The position numbers and the translations under genes were made by a program. DNA of 32,000 bases from Bacillus subtilis subsp. subtilis str. 168. GTDB lineage: Bacteria > Bacillota > Bacilli > Bacillales > Bacillaceae. The notes under the pieces were generated by a model. It was not told the origin of the DNA and ran no database searches. It saw nothing but the letters and a program-made list of their open reading frames with translations. The stretch is taken from contig NC_000964.3 of the NCBI RefSeq assembly GCF_000009045.1, forward strand, positions 2,070,001-2,102,000, in the 5' to 3' direction. Shown here piece after piece: positions 28,102-32,000 of the stretch (positions within the stretch are counted from its first letter, which is position 1; the number at the start of each line of letters is the position of its first letter).

Positions 28102-28329
28102 ATGCTTCCGACTAACATCAATATTTCTCATCTCAAGACTAACTCGATAGGCACCGGCTCATCCCTTACCTTTGGTTCTGCGGAGTTAAGGAACAGGTGC
28201 TCTGCTATCAAAAGAAATAACGGTTTTGGGGAACAAAATGCAGATGGTATTGTTATGGTCATTCCGATTGAATCAATTGATGACCGTGATGTGTCAGATG
28301 CACTCAGTATGAAAATCAATCATCAATAA
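28102..28329 (+). CDS. Small GerPA/GerPF-like protein, 75 aa, paralogous to YozN and YocN. I cannot attach a gene name.
   Basis: Strong RBS AAAGGAGAGG 5 nt before the ATG. Shares three motif blocks with the two downstream paralogues. The last 14 nt overlap the convergent yocM 3' end. Confidence 0.7.
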   Translation: MLPTNINISHLKTNSIGTGSSLTFGSAELRNRCSAIKRNNGFGEQNADGIVMVIPIESIDDRDVSDALSMKINHQ

Positions 28330-28792
28330 CAATGGTTTTCGCTTGACCTTCGTCTTTTTGAATAGTGATGTATAGGATTCCGTCTTTAAAAATGGCATTC
28401 ATCTTTCCATGAAGATGATCGGAAAGCGGAATTTTCTTTTCAAAACTTCCGTATTTCCCTTCTTTTTGGCGAAAGTCCTGTTCATTAAAATAGGAAAAGC
28501 GCTGCCCCTTCACCACTAAATAATCTCCGTACGATAATATGTGAACGTCTTGTTTACGGTAGCCTGGAAGATAAATTAAAAACTGCACTTCCGCAACGGT
28601 ATCTACAATATCCATGCTCGGAAATGAAGCATCTCCTTTCCCTCGCTGATCTTGCTGCGCAAACGGAAACGGAGATTGGCCATTTGTCATAAAAGGGGTT
28701 TTTTGGTCTTCATCAAATACCTGTTTCCAAAAGTCACCGCCGTACATCTGCTGTGCGAATTCCATCCACTGCTTCATCTTTTCGAAATCCAT
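28316..28792 (-). CDS. yocM: Alpha-crystallin / Hsp20-family small heat-shock protein, 158 aa
   Basis: C-terminal alpha-crystallin domain (VQFLIYLPGYRKQDVHI...GILYITIQK). AGGGGGC RBS. Confidence 0.9.
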   Translation of the reverse strand: MDFEKMKQWMEFAQQMYGGDFWKQVFDEDQKTPFMTNGQSPFPFAQQDQRGKGDASFPSMDIVDTVAEVQFLIYLPGYRKQDVHILSYGDYLVVKGQRFSYFNEQDFRQKEGKYGSFEKKIPLSDHLHGKMNAIFKDGILYITIQKDEGQAKTIVIDD

Positions 28793-28858
28793 TTGAAGCC
28801 CCCTGTCTTAACATACTTTATAACCGCCAGCATACAACTATAGAAAGGAGGTTTGCCT

Positions 28859-29122
28859 GTGGTTCAACCAACTCCGTATATCAATATTAATATTTTCATG
28901 CTGAAAATTAATTCCTTTGAAAATGCTTCAGCGGTTAACGTAGGACAAAATTTATTGGCAGAATGGCAAAATTCAGATAAAAAAAATCAAGGCTACGGAC
29001 AGAATTTTGGAGATGCGAGCGGATTTATGGGCACGAGAAGCCATGTGGATGACAGAGACCAAATTGATTCTCCGGCCTCTTTTGAAAGTGAAGCGGTTAA
29101 CTCCTCAATCAAAAGGAAGTGA
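28859..29122 (+). CDS. yozN: Small GerPA/GerPF-like protein, 87 aa
   Basis: GTG start 7 nt after AAAGGAGG; the track's TTG at 28853 is only 1 nt from the RBS. Motif blocks ININIFMLKINSFENASAVNVG, KKNQGYGQNFGD and VDDRDQIDS. Confidence 0.75.
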   Translation: MVQPTPYININIFMLKINSFENASAVNVGQNLLAEWQNSDKKNQGYGQNFGDASGFMGTRSHVDDRDQIDSPASFESEAVNSSIKRK

Positions 29123-29126
29123 TGAG

Positions 29127-29360
29127 ATGTTCTTTTCACCCTCCGTCGTAAATGTCGGCGGATTTAAAATCAATACGATGGATCGAGGTTCCTCTTTAAC
29201 ACTCGGTCCGTATCAGCAGGTCGATTACTTTTTATCAGCTAAAATAAATCAAGGGTTTGGAGAAGAAAATGGCGACTTTACTCCTCTTGTCGTGCCGATT
29301 TCAAATGTATTAGATGCAGATCTTGTTGATTCGAACTCAGCGAAAAACAGTGTGGTGTAA
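29127..29360 (+). CDS. yocN: Small GerPA/GerPF-like protein, 77 aa
   Basis: The ATG at 29127 lies 4 nt after the yozN stop, preceded by AAAGGAAGTG. Motif blocks VVNVGGFKINTMDRGSSLTLG, KINQGFGEENGD and VLDADLVDS. Confidence 0.8.
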   Translation: MFFSPSVVNVGGFKINTMDRGSSLTLGPYQQVDYFLSAKINQGFGEENGDFTPLVVPISNVLDADLVDSNSAKNSVV

Positions 29361-29361
29361 T

Positions 29362-29396
29362 AAGAACAGGGCGCACATGCCCTGTTCTTGTTTTTA
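29362..29396 (+). terminator. Terminator after yocN
   Basis: An 11-bp stem, aagaacagggc / gccctgttctt, with a 6-nt loop, followed by GTTTTT. Confidence 0.8.
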
Positions 29397-29445
29397 TATA
29401 TAAAAAAAGCCTAACCATTTTTTGAACGGCTGGCTCATCAAATAT

Positions 29446-29790
29446 TCAGCTGCACAAATGCTTTGTCAGCACCGCCTGAACCTCGCTTAAATCGGTGTCT
29501 TTCGCAAATTCTAATTCGAAAGTTTTGCTTCTTGTCATCAATAAAAGCCCAGTGTCCGGATCAAACATTCCCGCTTCTTGGATGGCAAAGCTTTCAATTG
29601 TTTTATATGGAAGAAATACACGAACCTTCTTTTTAGAAAACATTTTATTGTCAAAGAAAATGATCCGCTTATTTGTAAAGCAAATTTGGTCCACTCGGAG
29701 CTTATAAATCGATTCAATTCTTTCCCCTTCAACGAGCAAAGCCTCAAGCTTCTTTGCGTCCGTTGATCTGCTAACAGAAAAAATACCCAA
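29446..29790 (-). CDS. yozO: Bacterial PH-domain (YokE-like) protein, 114 aa
   Basis: TTG start 7 nt after AAAGAGGGG; the upstream ATG at 29832 has no RBS. Fold assignment from memory of the family. Confidence 0.75.
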   Translation of the reverse strand: MGIFSVSRSTDAKKLEALLVEGERIESIYKLRVDQICFTNKRIIFFDNKMFSKKKVRVFLPYKTIESFAIQEAGMFDPDTGLLLMTRSKTFELEFAKDTDLSEVQAVLTKHLCS

Positions 29791-30070
29791 TGAAGAACCC
29801 CTCTTTCTGCATTTATCTATTTGTTTTATCATTCACTACATAAAAATAAGTCCTTTATCCCTATATAAGAATACGACATAGAAGACATTTAAACCATTAC
29901 GAACAGATTACATTTTTCAAATTTTTGATTTGTTTTTTGGCTTTTAAGCTGTTGTCATCAAGTAATACGCACATATAGAGAAAAAAGTTTCAATATTCAG
30001 CAATGTTTTTATAAAAAAGTGGTTTTTAATGATTTTTTTAATTTTGTTTTATATTTCCTGTTTTAACCAC

Positions 30071-30098
30071 AAAAAAACCGCAGCTGAGCTGCGGTTTT
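30071..30098. terminator. Bidirectional-type terminator after yozC
   Basis: aaaaccgcagc / gctgcggtttt stem with a 3-nt loop, flanked by an A-run and a T-run. Confidence 0.75.
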
Positions 30099-30146
30099 AT
30101 GTATCGACTGCTTTTAACAAAATCTGTTTGATGCTTCAAGGAAGCA

Positions 30147-30350
30147 TTACATCTCTTCGAAGTATTCTTTATAATAGCCGCCGACTTTATTCGTATTGTC
30201 GACCACAAAGAGAAACTCCTCTGTTTCATTTTTTACTTCATATTCTTTTCCCGGCGTTAAAACGCGGTTTACGATATATTTTTTTGCGTTTGTCTGCACA
30301 CACTTTACTTTTTTAATGGTTTCTTTTTCAAGCCAATTTTTATGAATCAT
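30147..30350 (-). CDS. yozC: Small conserved protein, 67 aa, function unknown
   Basis: AAAGGAGA RBS 6 nt before the ATG, and a terminator downstream. Confidence 0.8.
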   Translation of the reverse strand: MIHKNWLEKETIKKVKCVQTNAKKYIVNRVLTPGKEYEVKNETEEFLFVVDNTNKVGGYYKEYFEEM

Positions 30351-30579
30351 GATGAAATCTCCTTTTCTTATCTATAAGCTTATTGTAGCTTTTTTCTTTT
30401 GTAAATTGCAATATCGGTTATTCATTGATTTTGCCTTGATTTCTATTATAGAATGTTTGTATACGCTTACGTTTGAAGCAACTATCACAGCTTATTTCTG
30501 CTATTCAATCCAGGAATCAATGTGCTATCACCAAGAATCTCAGAACAGACCATAAAAAATGACTGGAGGTTTGTTACGG

Positions 30580-32000
30580 ATGAGTTCTTTAACGATGCAA
30601 GTGACGAAAAGGCTGGAGACATTTTTACAGGGAACAAAGAAGCTTTATATTGACGGAAAGTTTGTTCCGAGTGCCTCAGGGGCAACCTTTGACACTCCAA
30701 ACCCGGCGACCGGCGAAACCTTGATGACGCTGTATGAAGCCCAGGCTGCGGATGTGGACAAAGCTGTTAAAGCTGCCCGGAAAGCCTTTGACCAAGGTGA
30801 ATGGAGAACAATGTCTCCAGCTTCGAGAAGCAGACTGATGTATAAGCTGGCAGACTTAATGGAAGAGCATAAAACTGAGCTTGCTCAGCTTGAAACACTT
30901 GATAATGGGAAACCGATCAATGAAACGACTAATGGAGATATTCCGCTGGCTATTGAGCATATGCGCTATTACGCCGGCTGGTGTACAAAAATAACAGGAC
31001 AGACGATTCCGGTTTCCGGCGCTTATTTTAATTATACGCGTCATGAGCCTGTCGGTGTCGTCGGCCAGATCATTCCATGGAATTTCCCGCTCCTGATGGC
31101 GATGTGGAAAATGGGCGCGGCACTTGCAACAGGCTGTACAATCGTCCTCAAACCGGCTGAACAAACACCGCTTTCAGCTCTTTATTTGGCAGAATTAATT
31201 GACCAAGCCGGTTTCCCTGCCGGTGTAATCAACATCATCCCAGGATTCGGTGAAGATGCGGGAGAAGCGCTGACGAACCACGAAGCGGTTGATAAAATTG
31301 CCTTTACCGGTTCCACTGAAATCGGAAAGAAAATCATGTCCACCGCAGCGAAAAGCATTAAGCGTGTGACATTGGAGCTGGGCGGAAAATCGCCTAATAT
31401 TCTTCTGCCGGATGCGAATTTAAAAAAAGCCATCCCGGGCGCTTTAAACGGTGTGATGTTTAACCAGGGCCAAGTCTGCTGTGCGGGCTCACGTGTCTTC
31501 ATTCATAAAGACCAATATGATGAAGTTGTTGATGAAATGGCATCCTATGCTGAGTCACTCCGCCAAGGAGCGGGACTTCATAAAGATACTCAAATCGGGC
31601 CTCTCGTAAGCAAGGAACAGCATGAGCGCGTTCTTTCCTATATTCAAAAAGGAAAAGATGAAGGAGCAAAAGCAGTGACCGGCGGAAGCTGTCCTTTTGA
31701 AGCAGGATATTTTGTCGCACCGACTGTGTTTGCGAATGTTGAAGACGAAATGACCATCGCAAAAGAAGAAATTTTCGGACCCGTGCTGACTGCAATTCCG
31801 TACGAAACAGTCGATGAAGTTATTGAACGGGCAAACCATTCAGAATATGGGCTTGCAGCCGGACTATGGACAGAGAACGTCAAGCAGGCTCACTATATCG
31901 CGGACCGACTTCAAGCCGGAACCGTTTGGGTCAACTGCTATAATGTGTTTGACGCGGCGTCTCCATTTGGCGGTTATAAACAGTCAGGACTCGGACGAGA
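30580..32000 (+). CDS. dhaS: NAD-dependent aldehyde dehydrogenase, 3'-truncated by the window end (first ~473 codons)
   Basis: Not in the ORF track because it has no stop in the window. The ATG at 30580 lies 9 nt after TGGAGGT. Motifs include FTGSTEIGKKI, the catalytic Glu in LELGGKSP, the catalytic Cys in GQVCCAGSR and EEIFGPV. Confidence 0.95.
   Translation, partial: MSSLTMQVTKRLETFLQGTKKLYIDGKFVPSASGATFDTPNPATGETLMTLYEAQAADVDKAVKAARKAFDQGEWRTMSPASRSRLMYKLADLMEEHKTELAQLETLDNGKPINETTNGDIPLAIEHMRYYAGWCTKITGQTIPVSGAYFNYTRHEPVGVVGQIIPWNFPLLMAMWKMGAALATGCTIVLKPAEQTPLSALYLAELIDQAGFPAGVINIIPGFGEDAGEALTNHEAVDKIAFTGSTEIGKKIMSTAAKSIKRVTLELGGKSPNILLPDANLKKAIPGALNGVMFNQGQVCCAGSRVFIHKDQYDEVVDEMASYAESLRQGAGLHKDTQIGPLVSKEQHERVLSYIQKGKDEGAKAVTGGSCPFEAGYFVAPTVFANVEDEMTIAKEEIFGPVLTAIPYETVDEVIERANHSEYGLAAGLWTENVKQAHYIADRLQAGTVWVNCYNVFDAASPFGGYKQSGLGR

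Noticed and set aside
30856-31883. Series of minus-strand ORFs of 79-106 aa
   Set aside because: All are antisense shadows of dhaS. The + strand frame encodes an unmistakable aldehyde dehydrogenase with catalytic Glu and Cys motifs.

Overview
By gene order and protein sequences recalled from memory (no search was run), this window is the Bacillus subtilis 168-type chromosome from yobJ to dhaS. It holds about 38 protein genes, one well-known ncRNA, and no rRNA, tRNA, CRISPR array or IS element. The left ~9 kb is visibly more AT-rich and looks like the end of a degenerate prophage-like island. It carries the yobJ membrane protein, the LXG/T7SS toxin YobL with its SMI1/KNR4 immunity protein YobK, a second orphan SMI1/KNR4 gene (yobM), the flavin amine oxidase yobN, and an orphan phi29 gp12-like pre-neck appendage/tailspike gene (yobO). 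A ~0.6 kb AT-rich non-coding gap follows. The rest is core-like: csaA, the tightly packed yobT-S-R-Q operon, yobV (HTH-WYL) with yobU, yobW, czrA, yocA, yozB, yocB, yocC-yocD, des-desK-desR, yocH, recQ, 6S-2 RNA (bsrB), azoR1, yocK, yocL, yocM, yozN, yocN, yozO, yozC and the 5' ~95% of dhaS. Many track ORFs carry false 5' extensions, which I trimmed to the start codon with a proper Shine-Dalgarno. The most interesting item is at 27.7-29.4 kb. Three small paralogous ORFs with GerPA/GerPF-like motifs, one of which I cannot name and which overlaps the yocM 3' end, sit with a GerPC-like protein (yocL) around the small heat-shock paralogue yocM. This looks like a cryptic, split second gerP-like spore-coat permeability module. 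Other items worth a second look:
- a type I toxin-antitoxin-like convergent RNA pair at the window start
- a promoter-plus-terminator-bounded ~115-nt candidate sRNA next to csaA
- a perfect 19-bp palindrome over the yobT promoter
- a GNAT plus S66 peptidase pair (yocC-yocD) resembling MccE/MccF-type resistance
- a decayed sodium:solute symporter relic between desR and yocH
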